64,000 nt of DNA. It comes from Dicentrarchus labrax. Lineage: Eukaryota. A program made the translations under genes and the position numbers. Under the pieces are notes generated by a model, which was not told the origin of the DNA, did not search any database, and saw nothing but the letters and a program-made list of their open reading frames with translations. Shown here piece after piece: positions 63,672 through 64,000 of the stretch (its first letter is position 1; each line of letters opens with the position of its first letter). The DNA lies in the NCBI RefSeq assembly GCF_905237075.1, contig NW_026136706.1:24847935-24911934 (forward strand). The letters run 5' to 3'.

Positions 63672-64000
63672 TTTATTTGCTGTTAGCTGTGTTGCTATAA
63701 TGAGCAAAAAATAATAATTTCCATTCTACACAGCTGCAGCAGTAGCCTTTACCCGTTATCTCGTGCTGTATGTACAGTAAAACATGTGTCAAAGTCTTAA
63801 AAACATTTTTAACTACTAATCACTAAACTAGGTCAGGTAAAGTTATCTCTGAGGTTTTGATCAATGTTTTTGCATCATTACAGCCTACATGTATGAATGT
63901 CCCATGAGATCATTCTGGTGGGTGAATTCAGGAGAAAAAACTAAAAACTACAACAACAGGCTATTTCCAAGACACTTCTCTTTGTGACAGGATTAAAAAA

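Overview
This window is vertebrate nuclear DNA, almost certainly from a teleost fish, and not a prokaryotic locus. The evidence is its AT-rich, microsatellite-dense composition with (AC)n, (TG)n, (TCTA)n, (TA)n(GA)n and (AAAT)n tracts, several tRNA-derived SINE copies of families typical of percomorph fish, LINE fragments, hAT/Tol2-type DNA transposons and TTAA-flanked MITE-like elements. Where coding sequence exists it sits in short exons with canonical GT..AG introns. Almost every ORF in the six-frame track is a chance reading of repeat or intergenic DNA, and the longest is only 147 aa. I find no operon, defence island, CRISPR array or other novel system, and I will not invent one. The window is a repeat-rich, gene-poor intergenic or intronic stretch. 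The most informative content is: (1) a three-exon, intron-containing hAT/BED-zinc-finger transposase 5' fragment at 800-1640, either a Tol2-like intron-bearing transposase or a domesticated ZBED-like gene that has been truncated; (2) a 551-bp Tol2-like non-autonomous hAT element at 63121-63671 with Tol2-like termini (CAGAGGTG...AAGTAC...) and a perfect 8-bp target-site duplication; (3) a MITE-like family with at least five copies in the + orientation, CCAGT-containing terminal inverted repeats and TTAA-like flanks; (4) a candidate TATA-driven first coding exon at 36084-36170; (5) assorted SINE, LINE and hAT relics, one of them with a nested insertion. All coordinates come from reading the sequence by eye and could be off by a few bases.
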